Part shown: positions 35,736 to 48,600 of the stretch, piece by piece | Position numbering within the stretch: the first letter of the stretch is position 1 | Layout of the letters: the number at the start of each line of letters is the position of its first letter | Source of the DNA: Marsupella aquatica | Lineage: Eukaryota; Plantae; Marchantiophyta | Direction of reading: 5' to 3' | Length of the DNA: 64,000 nucleotides | Assembly (NCBI GenBank): GCA_973895155.1 | Contig: OZ316892.1 | Location: 16,039,040 to 16,103,039, forward strand | The notes under the pieces: generated by a model | Told to the model about the DNA's origin: nothing | The model's database searches: none | The model's input: only the letters and a program-made list of their open reading frames with translations | Made by a program: the position numbers and the translations under genes

Positions 35736-36615
35736 GTGAAGTTAGAGACGGGAGATGCACCAAGGGAATTCATTGACCTGACGTCTAATGGCGAGGACTT
35801 ATTCCCTGGATCTCAATCGTCGATCAATGTTAGGAAGATCACGAGCGAAGAATGTCATTTCCAGTATATCAGTGTAGCAAATCAACAGAGGACGTTCTTC
35901 TTGCGTCAAACAATGGATGTGACAAGCTTCTAAAACCTCCTTCTCTTCCTGTCGTTTACAGAAGAAGCGCATTAGACGCCCTTTTGAAATCACCTGGTCA
36001 AAGTGAGCTATCTTGCTTTGTGCGATCAGAGACTTTCAAGCACAAGCAAGTAGAATTACTTCCAAGAACTTACAACGACAATGTTATATTTGAGCTTCCA
36101 CCTGTCGATTGTGTTGGTTCAAAGGGGAAGCGTCTCCTTAACATGGACCGGTCAAGGGATTGCTATCTGTGGACTTGAATTCTTCCTACTTCAACCAATG
36201 TCTTGCTGAAGAAGATGTGGGAGTTTGGCAAAGTCAGTTGTAGCAGATCACTTGAATGTCGAAACAAAGCTTGCAAGTTTTATATCAAAACCAATGGTAG
36301 GAATTGTACGTCATGGGAAGGGACCCCCAAGTTAGGAGGCCAACATTGTCCAGGAAAGTTGATTGATGCAAGAGGGATTGTTTGTCATTATGGTCTTCAA
36401 CTCCCGTTATGTTTGGACTCCTGTTCCGCAAAAATGTTCTACATGTACCCATAAGTCCTGCTGGATTTGGTGACAATGCAGCATATATCACTCCTTGCCA
36501 TCCATATGGGTGTCCATAACCATCCTTGTCAAAAGGTCTGGTCTAGAAGTTTAGAGATAATAGCTGTCGAAGAGATTTGAAAAGAGCACTTCAAGAATCC
36601 TTCTTCCTCACCCTT
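35736..36615 (+). pseudogene. Second, decayed and truncated copy of the GCM-like MULE transposase N-terminus
   Basis: VVYRRSALDALLKSPGQSELS, NDNVIFELPPVD, MDRSRDCYLWT, WEFGKVSC, ECRNKAC and MFYMYP...LAIHMGVHNHP align with 26780-27360 (-). Several stops. Confidence 0.85.
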
Positions 36616-38430
36616 TGTTTGTTGTAAGAAGGACATCACGCCCTCTATCTTGATTGGGTCTACTTGATACAAAAGTTGCACTCCTGGGAGTCCGAACATT
36701 TTGCACAGCTTCGGGTTGGAGAAAGTATGAGTTTTCCCCTTGTATGTAATGAACAAAGCATCAAGTGACATTGTCACCTTAGTAATTTGTGAGCAAATTT
36801 CACCTGCCCAAGCGGTTGATAGATAGCAATCTATTTGCACCATGCCATCAACTCTAGCCCTATCAAGAATTATTCAACTCTCCTCGATGCGCTGCACCTC
36901 CATGATGGAGTTGCGGATCTTCTTGTTTGAAGATGGAGCTCCCTTCTTGTTCCTAGCCGGGGGGAACCTCCGCTCTCCGTGTTCTTGTTGCCTCCATTTT
37001 GCCTAATGAATTCTAGTAGTGTAAGTGGGGAGTGAGCAAATTGTTGCGTTGCGTTTCGGCGAGTGCTTTAGTTGGAAGCAAGGGACAATAAGTGCGCAAA
37101 TGCCTCGTGGGGAAAAATCCAGCCCACCTCTCTGCCTTATGCTTGAAGGATTTCTCTCTTTGGTCTTTGAGTGTCCGGAAGGGCGGGATGGCCCTTTGTT
37201 GTGCAAGCGCGAGAGCATCTTAGTCAAGCGCCCACTTAATGATATCCTTAGATACGGTGATTACTCTGGGGGCTACTTACGAGTGTCCTCTACTCATTAC
37301 TAAGTAAAGCCACAATACTTGATATGGTTGTTATGCAGTTTTCCTTAAGTTCAGATCAGTGGCGGTACCTTAAGACCCATTATGGTTGTCCCAACTATTT
37401 TTAGAACAATAATCGTGCTTTACTATAAACGACAAAAAGATTGGGATCTGCACAAGTATATGTGAGGGGAGCGATACCCTTGGGGGCGGGCCAGGGGCAA
37501 ACCCAAGTTTGTGTGAAGCGTGACGTTCGCGCTACTAAGAAAAAATGCCAAATAAAAATGATAATAAATTCTCAACGTTGTTTGGGTGATTGTAATTTGT
37601 GAAAAGAGCATGTTGGCTCGTATAAAGTTAATCATGCATTGCACTAAGTACTAAATCAAGATTAAAATAATAATTATATTCAATAGAGTAGTGAGTATCA
37701 TGAACGGTTTTGGCAATACTAATATGTTATTAAAGTTTTTTTCTTCAAATTTGCATATCAATGTCTCTACAATTGAACTTTGTACGATAAGCTATTTGAA
37801 TATCCTCAAGAGAAAACAAAACAAATAGATCATTTGAGGCTCTATTCCAATCCATGATAATTTTAATAAATAATGAAAATAATACATTTCCATTCCTCTC
37901 GGTATGACACAACTATATAGACTAAGGGTTCATTAGATCCTATAACAATGACGATAAACCCAAAACCAAAGTGATATATTAGGTGTTATTGTATAGAAGG
38001 TTTGTCTAGAAGATGAACTCTAATAAAAAATGGATTACAAAAGGGAAGATTAGGAATGACACTTTTTGCTTTTGTTTTCTATTAGATTCATAATAACTCA
38101 CATGTTTTATCTCTTGGGCTGTTTTATCTCGAGAAATGACTCACATGTTTTTTTGCTATTCAAGCCAAATGATGTCTCATCTTATATTTCCAAAGAAACC
38201 TTCATCCTAAAGGTCCCATCTTTAATTCTATGACTTATTTTTTTGTTAACCGAGCCAAAAGATACCCTATTATATGAACATAAGGCTAAAGAATGAAGGA
38301 AAATATGGAGAAAATATGAGCATTTTGATGAGAGAATAATCAAGATGTGAATGAGGAAAGAGTGTCTTTTGCAATTTATTTATAGTGAATCCAATAGCGC
38401 ATGGATCACGCCCAAATACTTGGATCAAAG

Positions 38431-38774
38431 GGGTATAACCACCGTGACAGCAAATAGCAAACAACAAACAGTAAATAGTTACTCGTAACAGCAAACGGGT
38501 GGTAAAACTTTTGGAATTTTTTGGGGAATTTTTTGGGGAATTGTTTTTGGGGAAAAAATATTAAATTTTTTTTGTGAGTCGATATTTTTTGGCTAGCGCC
38601 CGGAGCTAGTAATAGTATCGCCTTACACTAGCAAAAAATTGTCATGTTTTAAATTATTTTGAAAATTGTGACTTTTAATGACACATTTTTAGATTGTCTA
38701 GTTTGCTCGTAACAGGAAATTTTTGCTCGTAACAGTAAATCTGTTTGCTATTTGCTGTCACGGTGAAAACCCTC
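38431..38774. mobile_element. 344-bp non-autonomous MULE (MITE) related to the 23318-34600 element
   Basis: TIR core CACCGTGACAGCAAATAGCAAACA at both ends. Perfect 9-bp TSD GGATCAAAG at 38422-38430 and 38775-38783. One TAGCGCCCGGAGCTA palindrome at 38594. Confidence 0.92.
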
Positions 38775-40326
38775 GGATCAAAGCCAAGAAATACACGTTA
38801 AATATAAAAATGTGTGCTAGTATCATTGCAAGCAAAACAATTAATGCATACAAGTAAAACAACAAATGCATGCACCAAGTGGTTAGTATGCATATACAAA
38901 AAATAACTAACGCATACAATGCGTGGCTTGGAACCTTTTTGCCTTGCAAGTATGCACAAAATAACTAATACATGCACCGCGCCTTGCATGCAAATAAAAT
39001 TACTAATAGCAAAATTGTTTAGTTATCCTTTAACAAAATATTAATCCAATCTCATATTACATAGTAATAATGATTCTATCTTGATAATCAAATTATCACA
39101 ACACTGTTAGAAGAATTCTTGGATGTGTTGGAAAGCTCTTGAATAAGACATGTATCCTCCTGAACTCAGTTGGGTGCTCGGTTGGGTGTGCAGGTGCCTT
39201 TGGTTCTTGAGGTTTGTCGGGGCTAACTTGTGTGCTCGCCAAATCCAACACTCAAACCGCGTTCAGTTTCACACTGAGCTTGCATTGGGGAAGCAATGTA
39301 GAGTAGGCATGGGTGTTGAGATCCAAGTGCAAATGGCCCCTAGACTCTCACATGAGTGGGAGCCTCGGAGATATTTGCTAGAGTCGAGGCCAAACTGGTC
39401 TCGACATTTGAGAAAGCTTCGGAACAAGCAAGCTACTTGGGCCTTGAGCATATCCTGAAGGCATGGTGGTCAACCAGTGATGGATAGAAAGTGGGGAAGC
39501 TCGGCAATACCTAGTAGATGGGCTATTCTAGACAAATGGTGGGTGTCAGCCTTGGCTTCAACTTCTGGCAAGGTCACGCGGGCCCGAAAAGTTCTATTTG
39601 CTAACCTTACTAACAATTGTGGAGCTTGAGACAAGACAATGGTCTTGGAGATCCTAGATCATGATGGATTACTTACCGATGTGTTTGGTTGTTTGTGCAA
39701 ATAGTGAGGACCGTTGAGCGATAGTCGTATTAGGGAGCAAGTGTGACTTCGTATGGGAGTTGCCATTGGGGATGATAGGGCACCGAGTAGTTTCATGTAC
39801 TAGGCGTTTGGGCACCAAAGGTACTTAGACAAGAGTCATGTGATTGGTGATGGCGCTATGTGGCAACATCCATCACTCTCCCCAACTTCAATTCTCAGTT
39901 GCTATAGCTTGTCGCCTTCCGGCTAGAGGGATCTCCTATTGTTCCTCTTCTTCTCGGCTCTTCTTCTCTTCTACTTGGAGGAAGCGTTTAACCGCCGTCC
40001 ATGCAAGGTCCTAGTTGATCCTAGCGTCATGTTGTCTTTGCTGATTAAAATTCCATATGTTCTTGAGTTTGTCCTCCAGGATGGGTGAATCCATGAGGCT
40101 CACACAATAATTAGTATGCGTGATACCAATTTTGGGTGATACTACTTACATGCATAGAATACTTAATGTAAAGAGTGTATATGTAGCTCTTTATATACAT
40201 TGCACGGTTCAGTTTCACTAGGAATTGACTTGGACTCCAGTTTTTATGGTCTGTACACTGTTCACCTGGAAAATGAGCAGTAGCCAGGATGGAATGGGGC
40301 CATTTTATATGGGCAGGTGAGACTTA

Positions 40327-40557
40327 CACTGTCCACCGTAAATAGTGTGAGTATGTAATTAGTATGACACCAAAATTAGAGTGACTCACACCAAATAGTG
40401 TGAACAACTATTAGACCAAAAGTGTGACTTCTTGTGAACTCTAATAAGTGAACAACTATTTAGACCAAAAGTGTGACTTCTTGTGTTCTAATAAGTGTGA
40501 CCCCTGAAATAATGTGACTCACACTATTTTATGTGACCTAAAATTTAAGGGGCTGTG
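40327..40557. mobile_element. Small CAC(T/A)G-terminated MITE-like element flanked by TA
   Basis: TA|CACTGTCCACCGTAAAT ... ATTTAAGGGGCTGTG|TA. Internal GTGTGA/TCACAC repeats and a ~48-bp tandem duplication at about 40400-40498. Confidence 0.5.
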
Positions 40558-40982
40558 TAGCCTGACTGCCCAACCGTAGATAGGGCACACATTTGCCTTC
40601 CCATGTGTTGATTCATAGTGAAAATTATTGTGGGGAGTAACTCTATGTAGGCTTCATTTTAAATCTTAATGCCCTTCAAGATTTTTCTTGTTCTAGTTTT
40701 TAGTGCATTCTTGGAGAAGAATAGAGATATCCGTAAAGTCCAGAAAAAGGTAGTCGAGTTAAAGTTAACCGCGATATTCTTGGGTCAGTTAACTTAACCC
40801 TCATCGGTGGTTAACGATGCCCGATGAAGAGAACACGATACAGGGTGAGAAGTTTCCCAGGCCCATTTTCAATGGAAACAAACTTTTTGCCCCCTATGTG
40901 ACATTTGAATCGATGTCCAAGGAGTTCGGGGAAGAGCCCACGTCGAGGGCAGGGATTTCGTCGAGGGCAGGGAATTAAAGCT

Positions 40983-42940
40983 ATGGCGGCCGAAGGCAAG
41001 CAATTGAGATCTAGGTCAGTTCCTCCCACCATGGATCCCGTCGATGAGCAGAATGGAGTGAAGAGGGGAGAATCGTCAATACGCAGGGCAGCTCGATTGC
41101 TGAGAGCGGTTGTTCTCGCGGAGCAACAGTCAAATGGCAGAGCTGCAAGCCTGGATGAAGGGCCATCAAGCATTGGAGATTGTGAGGTTGAAGCTCAGCA
41201 GGAGGCGCTGCCTTCAGAGCCGGCTGTAGGGGAAGCAGCTGTTATGACAATACCGAAACCAAAATTCTCTTGTGAGTCTAAAGTGCTCCCTGCATGCTCT
41301 CTATTTCTTTGATCTTGTAGTCATCGCAAAAAAATCTGTAAGTTTCAGCCTGAAATGCTCCCTACGTGCTTTCTCTTCCTTTGATCTTGTAGTCATCTTG
41401 TAATTACTAGGACAAGATTTGATCGTTCTTTGATCTTGTAGTCATCAACTGCCTTATGCATAAATCTTTCTTTGGCTGTTTGGTGCAATCTCTCATTCTA
41501 CGTTTCTCTCCTGCCAATGCACAATGGGAACGTGCAGTAGTCCACTCTTGAAAATCTCCATCAATTTCAGTACTTCAATTCAAAAATCCTTTGTTGCCTA
41601 CCAGCTGCTGATGTATCTCATCTGAAATTCTGGATTAAAGAAAATCCATGGAATTCAAACTCTCTTCCCCATGACTCAATTTGAATCCTCTCTTGCCTAC
41701 TTGTTGCCTTAATTTGTACTTATCTAAGTTGAAATTTGATTGAAATATTTGTTGCAGTTTCAAATTACTTGGACAGAATTAACGACAACCGCATTAGGAC
41801 AGGGATACCTGATCTCCCACCTGTCATTGAATTACGCCAGATTAGTGGGAGCTCCACTACCCAAGGATCTGCAGGCTCAGCTGGTACAGTTGAAGGTAGT
41901 ACTGAGAAAAACAATTCCAATCCATCTTGGATGACCCTGGAGAAGGAAGCAGAGGTGAGAGCAGAGGCAGCCCAAGAGGAATCTCACAATTTTGAGGTCA
42001 CCAACATGGAGCACAATGCAGGGAAGGGCTTCTGCAACTAGTGCAAAGGACAAGCAGTGTCGACAAAAGAATGTTGTGAAGGGGAAAGAGACCGCGGATA
42101 TAGACAAGGTGGGGCGACAGGTTGTTGAAGGGGACCATGTTGTGAAACTTGTAACAGACTACTGGAAGTACTTCAACATTTTTAGCAAGGGCCGGAAGAA
42201 GCAGATATCACAACTGATCCCAAACAAGGTTTGGATCCAAGTTTATGCTGATTTTGAGAAGGAGTTCCCAGGTTCCCCATTCATGCAAGACAGCTTGAAG
42301 GACCACTTGAGGAAAAGCTTGACTGAGATGAAGTCTGGCGTTAATAATCCTGAGAATGGTCTTGGACCTACACCCCAAGATGAAGAGCTAATGGTGAAGC
42401 TCATGGAAACACCATCCTGGAAGGCTCGAAATGTACTTAAAGTGAGGGAGAGTGCATCTAATGGACAAATTCATCCCATGGACTTTACCATTCCCCTTCA
42501 ATCTATGTCTGGGGCTCAACAATCACCAGCAGCAGCAACAGTAGCAGCAACAGCAGCAGCAAATGAGGTAGATGGATCGGCTGCCCTTTCTGGAGTTGCA
42601 GCAGGCCCCCCTCGGCCCAAATCACCTCCTAGGCAGGTTGAGAGGCCTCCATCCAAATCCCAGAATTTGAAGCGAGCAGGGGATGACATTTCATCCATGT
42701 TATCAGAGTTTCGAACAATCACTGAGCGATCCAATATTGATAGTGAAAGCAAGAAACAATGCTCAGTTATGAGGACTGCCATGTTGAGCACAAAGTAGTT
42801 GGAGTCCGAGGCTAGACGAGTAGGGCAGGAGAAGCAAAACCAACTAGTTGAAATAGCATTGCTAAAGGAGCAGAGGAGCATTGGATTGATCAGTGAAGAT
42901 GAATTCCGAGAGAAGTGTAAAGTGGTTTTTGGTTTGTAGA
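40983..42940 (+). pseudogene. Harbinger second ORF (Myb/SANT-like DNA-binding protein), spliced, with in-frame stops
   Basis: VVKLVTDYWKYF...KVWIQVYADFEKEFP...SLKDHLRKSL resembles Myb/SANT-like trihelix domains. Coiled C-terminus interrupted by TAG at 42796-42798. Confidence 0.6.
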
Positions 42941-43414
42941 ACTATCAAAGTACTTGCAGGGGATCCTTGTAGACGGAGAGTTTTGTTTAGTTAGCCGCGG
43001 GTTAGCAGCTACAAGTGATCTAAAAGTAGTTTACAATGCCAACATTTTTGTAATTGTTGCATTCAAACTTAATCTACAATAATCTGTTGATAGAGAGCAT
43101 GTCGAGAATGGTACAATCCAAATGTGCATTGATAGTAGTGATTCCACAATTTGTCTTGCTCACAACTAAGATTGGACTCAAGCACAAACTGAAGCAAATT
43201 GGACTGAAGTAGATGTGGATGCACGTACATGACTCTGAAGTAATAACAAAGCATTTGACTTGCTTTTGTTGCAATAAGTAGTACTCAAGAACTGAGTTCA
43301 TACATAATAGCTACTGTCCATATACCCTTCCTACTCGAACTATCCAAAATTTATCAAAATTTGGCTGTAGTTGCAACTATGTGTATACATGTGAACAAGA
43401 ATCTATGTTGTCTT

Positions 43415-44624
43415 ATCAAATTGCAAATCCCTGTGGGTCTCCTGCCCAGTCTCATCTCTCGGGTCTCCTTTCCTGTGGACCTTCAATGCTTGCCCTCATA
43501 TTTTGTCGTTGTCGGTGGAGAAAATTAGTCATCAAAGCAGCAGCTTGGAAGGTAATCACAAACTTGGACCTGACTAGGTCGAATCGTTTCTGGAGACGTC
43601 TCCACTTCATCTTCAGGCCACCAATGCCCCATTCAACACGAACTCGATACCCAGACAACATCTTATTGAATTGCCTCACAGCACAATTGTTGTCCAAGTG
43701 CATGGCATTAATCTCTGTTTTTGAAAAACCTCTCATGATGTATCTTTCTAGGCTGGTGTACCCCTGGCACCAAGGATGTATTCAAAATACCTCTCAGAAT
43801 TAGCAAACAGGTTCCTCCAATTCCTTTCAACCCAAGAATTCTTAAGAATTGTCACATCATGGTAGCTGCCTGGATAGCCAGGATCGACAAAAATGAAAAG
43901 TCCATGGTGATCTACAATTACAGAACTATTCATGCAGTACATCTTCTTCCTTCCTTGATACCACTTGTTGTGGTACTGATCCTCATAAGGTCTACGAATT
44001 CTGCAAAGGGTACCATCAACAATTCCAATACATCCTGGCAATTGTGGATGATGCTGATCTAACTATCTCCTTTCCTCTGGGGTTGGCCAACGAATTTCAT
44101 TTGCAATAGCATCATTCAAGCATGATGCTACGAATATAGCATCATCACACACAGCAGATCTAGCCCAATTCCAGAACATAGAGTCAAAATGAATAATATT
44201 GTCGTGCTTCATATATAAGATGAAATTCAGCAGCCTCTGCTCGGGAGTCAACTTACAAGGGCGACCTGAAACAATATCTTTGGTTCCAGTTGATCTAGCA
44301 TTGGTCTCAATGACATGACATACCTTTGCACAGAGCTCTACAAATTCATGTACCATAAATTAGTTAAGTCCTTAAACCGATCTGGAGTTGCCTGTAATCT
44401 GCTCAACACATCGTGAACTCCCACAACTGGATTGATAGAAATTTGATTTCTCGTGATAGTTCAATTGGTTGAAAGCAATGCAGCATTTGAAGATACGAAG
44501 ACATGGACAGTACCAGAAGTACCATGAGTTGCTCAATGCTTGAAGCATCTGCTTCTTCATCATCACTGCTGCTATCATCATTGCTATCATATCCCTCCGG
44601 TGGGAGAACTTGAAATGGCTCCAT
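43415..44624 (-). pseudogene. Harbinger transposase (DDE_Tnp_4) with stops and frameshifts
   Basis: LTPEQRLLNFILYMKH, CIGIVDGT, KWYQGRKKMYCMN, GYPGSYHDVTIL and RVRVEWGIGGLKMKWRRL are spread over four ORF pieces. Confidence 0.92.
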
Positions 44625-45617
44625 CGTTGCACAATCTAAAGATTGACTGGTTAGCGGTGCAAATCCCTAAAATTTCCTAGCTTCTGAATGCTTATGACCA
44701 AAGGATGCTGAAGCGGAATCAATTCATCTCCTCTCTTCGTAGTTGTCTTGCTCACCTCGGATCATGCCCATCGATTGTGTAGCGCAACTGAATTCGGCAG
44801 CATAGGGAGCTCAAGGAAGCCAATCATGCATCGATGCTTCCCCTCCCACGGACCCTGCCCCCACCCCGCCTCGCACCAGCCTTGTATCGATCGGAGACAC
44901 AGTCCAGCCCCGACGTTTCTAGTCACAGCCTGGTAGAACCCGACGCTGATGCAAACCCCCTGTGTTTGGCCTCTTAACCATGGTCGAGATGCGTCGCGTC
45001 AAGCTTGACATATCAGTGTTTCCAGGTAAACTCATGGGCTTTTCCAAAGCAATACCACTTTATGAATATCTAATTCTCATCCCCGGTTAGTGTTAACTCT
45101 TGTTGAAAAGATAGGGGACTTTACGGATATCTCTAATGTATAGTCAAATCTGGATGTGTTCGCTATGAAGTTTCTCCTTACTTTTACCGAAAATAGCTGA
45201 AATAATAATTTCTTAGGCCTTTAAGGTGTGGGTCTCAATTGGACTGCAGTCTTGCTGTCGATAGTCGAGGGCGAGAGAGAAGCAGCACCAACTCGTATCA
45301 TTTTAATTGGTGCGCAAAAGGAATTCATGTGAGAGACTTCTAGGCGGGGATTATCAGACACGGCATAAGCAAAACGTATGAGGAGATACTGCCAGGAGAG
45401 GACGATGGTGATGAACTGAATCAATTTCGCAGAGGAGGGTTGGATTGCCATGAGAAAACCTCTCGCTCGGAGCTGAAGGAGGATGGGTGTTTTGCTGTTC
45501 GTGCAAGCAACGCAACGCAGGTGGTAATGTGCAGAATCTGCAGAAAAGCAGGCTATAGTTTCGAAACAGCCGCAATCTGCAGATTTTTGCGAACGAGGAG
45601 GAGCTGAGCAGGGCAAA

Positions 45618-48600
45618 ATGCTCGACGAATGGGCAGAGTCCGCTGCCAAAGTCAATCCCTCCCGGTCTGCCGCTATCAATAATTTCCCTCACGATAACAA
45701 GGAGGTACTGTAGGATGTCATGTGATCACCGTATTGCTTACTGACTTTCGCCTCAATTGATTGGGCTTAGTAGGGCAATGCATTTGATCGTTGTGATTTG
45801 TAAGTTGTCGAGCCCAATGTAATGCACTTCTTGCAGACCTTCGAAAATACTGGAGTAAATCTTCCAAGAAATTTGGACAGCCCTATTTTCGCCATCGATC
45901 TTCTGGAGCGACACGCAACCAAGGGTCATGGCCTTGTCACATCTATGTCAGCTGGCAACAATGTCATTTTAGTGGGATCGAACCGAGGTTGGCTCGTTCG
46001 GCATGATTTTGGCGGTGGAGACAGCCTAGGTCCGCATCTCTTTCCTCCAGTCTGAATGATGTCATAAGCATTTTTGGATCCAGCGTACGGAATCTCCATG
46101 GGTGGTGAATAGCTTGCGATCTGCAGTAATGTGCATTAGCAATACCTAAGTGGATTTTCTGATTGACGGGTTAAACCCTCTGGCTGTCTGGTACGTGTCC
46201 TGACGATTTCTCCTGCATACTTCTCGGTGACCGACCTGCAGAACTTGACTTGAATGCCAGCAGGGGTGTGGAACATACGATACACAGAGCATTGATCGAT
46301 CCTGGTGGAAGGCACTCATTGGCGTCAGTTTGCAGTACCGCTGGTGCCGAGAATTATTACATACATGCCAAGTGGAAGAAGCCCCGGCCTTTGAATAAAT
46401 TGAAGGGTCTCGTTATCAATGCAGTTGCATGGAACAGGCTGCTGATTAGTGATGGTGAGATCCTTGACCTGTTGGGTCCAAATATGTCGGAACTCGTGGT
46501 TGAAAATAGTTTCATTGCCTCTGAGACATGGAATATCCTTGTTTTCTTGCAGCGACAACTGCGCCTGTTATAGTTGGTACGACAACTGGACAACTGTTTG
46601 AATTGTTGGTGGAAGAGAAGGACAAGAGAGAAAAACATGTCAATAAGCTGTTCGAGCTCACTGAAAGACTGGAGCCATTTGTTGGTGTGCAGGTAAAATC
46701 GAATTACTCAAACATTTGTAGCTTAGCTGGTACCTCAAATGTTTGCTTTCTTTCAAAAGTTGCTTCAATTTTTGCGATAATATAGACGACGTGTTGTATT
46801 GGTGAATACTTCCTTCATTGTAACCTCTCCAACTTAGGGTGATTTGTAGATGTGGAATTCTTCTAATTTAGATATCTTATTTTCTAGGTTCTCTCACCTG
46901 AAGATGGAAAGTGACGTTGTCCGTGCAGATGGAAACGGTGGGGTCAGGTACCTCTGTACGGCATCTGGTTATGGCAGCTACTCCTTCCCGGCTGTATGTT
47001 TTTGTGGGAAATGGTTCTCTGGAGGTAATAGTCTCTCCCATCGCAAGAAGTTTGAATAGTTAAACAATCTCACGACAAACATGAGTAGGAAAATTGTCAC
47101 GTCTTCAATTCGCCAATCCCTCTGGTCAGATTCTTTTGCGAACCCTTAGTCGTCAAAATTTAATTTTCCGTCGTGGATATGTTGCAGTTAGTCTTCCAGG
47201 AATACTCAGACCAAGTCGCACGCTTTACCGAGCTTCCTGGCGATGTGCCCAGCAGGTACGAGGAAGCTGCTCCTTGGTTGCCAATTGTTCGCGGACAAGA
47301 ATGGATGTCTTTTTGAAAGGATTTGTAGTATCACAACTAGGTCAAGAAGCCCACTTTTTGCTGGTCAGTTGTTGGAATGATCTGAACTATGAGCTTCTTG
47401 GATAACGTTGTCCTTGACTTCTTACAGTGAACTCCATTTTTTTGGCAAGCAGCGCCGAATGGAACGATTTGCCTGGCTTTCTGGGCCTGGAATCTATCAT
47501 GGTCATGTTAACATGGGATCATCGAACAGGTAACCCTCAAGCCTTATGAAAAGCAGAAACGTTGCCTTATACGAACCTTGAGCTCTCGTGTGTGTACCAC
47601 TCACATGACTTACCGGTCACTCAGAACTTGCCAATGCGATGGGTAAACTGGTACTGACGACGTCAACTTTCAAAGTGCAGGTAGCCTACTCAAGTGAAAG
47701 TCCTATCAGCTTAGAATTGGGTCTATCTTATAATTTATTTGTTCCTTATATCAATATGGCTGTTGCCCTGGAATGCTATTGAAAACAGTGAGGACAACCA
47801 CTTGGATCAGAAATCGTTGTTAAAGTATTCCAAGATTTCAGGGGAGAACATGGTTGCAAAGCCATGCTCGCTTGCACTTTCGGAATTTCACTTTCTGGTT
47901 CTCTATGAACATTCCCTTAAGGTAATCGTCCTGTTTGTAGACCTGTGTAAAGCTGTCGTGAACTGTTTACAAAAGCAGAATATGTAGGATTTCATAATCA
48001 TTGGCACAGTTAGGATTTAAATCTTAGTGTGGTTTGCACATTGCAGTTTACTGTCAAAGTTTTGTTATTAGAAACCATAAGAGTTATTTGGTCTAAGGTT
48101 CTTGATGTCCCTCCCAGGTGGTGAATATTGCCAGTCAACAAGTCGTGGAAGATAAACGCCTTGATTTGACTCTCACCACAACTCCCATGCTTGGGCTTTG
48201 CACTGATATTGCTGCTGGCGTTTATTATGCTTACAACGAGAACTCTATATTTGAGGTGAGAGTCTTCAATTAGTATTGTACGGATAGTGAATAGTAGTTC
48301 ATTAGAACCTCGATCCCATGTTCTGATTCTGACGTTGACTGATGTCTGTTTTTGCTCTAAAAGGTATCAAAGTGTGTCAGTGTCAGGTAAGTCTGCACTG
48401 TCGACCAAACTAGGTGATAATTATATTTGGGATATGTCCATTGTGCAATTCATATTTTGTGCTATGTGAACTATTCTCCTTCAAAAAAGTGGTTCTTGGT
48501 TCATGGAATTTCCTTTGCCGATGAGATAATACTCTTGACTCGGCTACTTATGTTCGAGGCTTTAATTCGTAGAAGATACTAGCCAGAATGAGATTGACGC

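Larger units (their letters stand above)
40723..45134. mobile_element. PIF/Harbinger (PHIS) element, 4.4 kb
   Basis: Perfect 19-bp TIR AGAGATATCCGTAAAGTCC / GGACTTTACGGATATCTCT. 3-bp TSD AAT at 40720-40722 and 45135-45137. Two convergent genes. Confidence 0.95.

Noticed and set aside
38790-40110. Short ORFs and repeats between the two MITEs
   Set aside because: Probably an old TE remnant; no recognisable motif or boundary.
45221-45692. Minus-strand ORFs overlapping the VPS18 5' region
   Set aside because: No domain similarity; most likely shadow ORFs of the promoter and 5' UTR.
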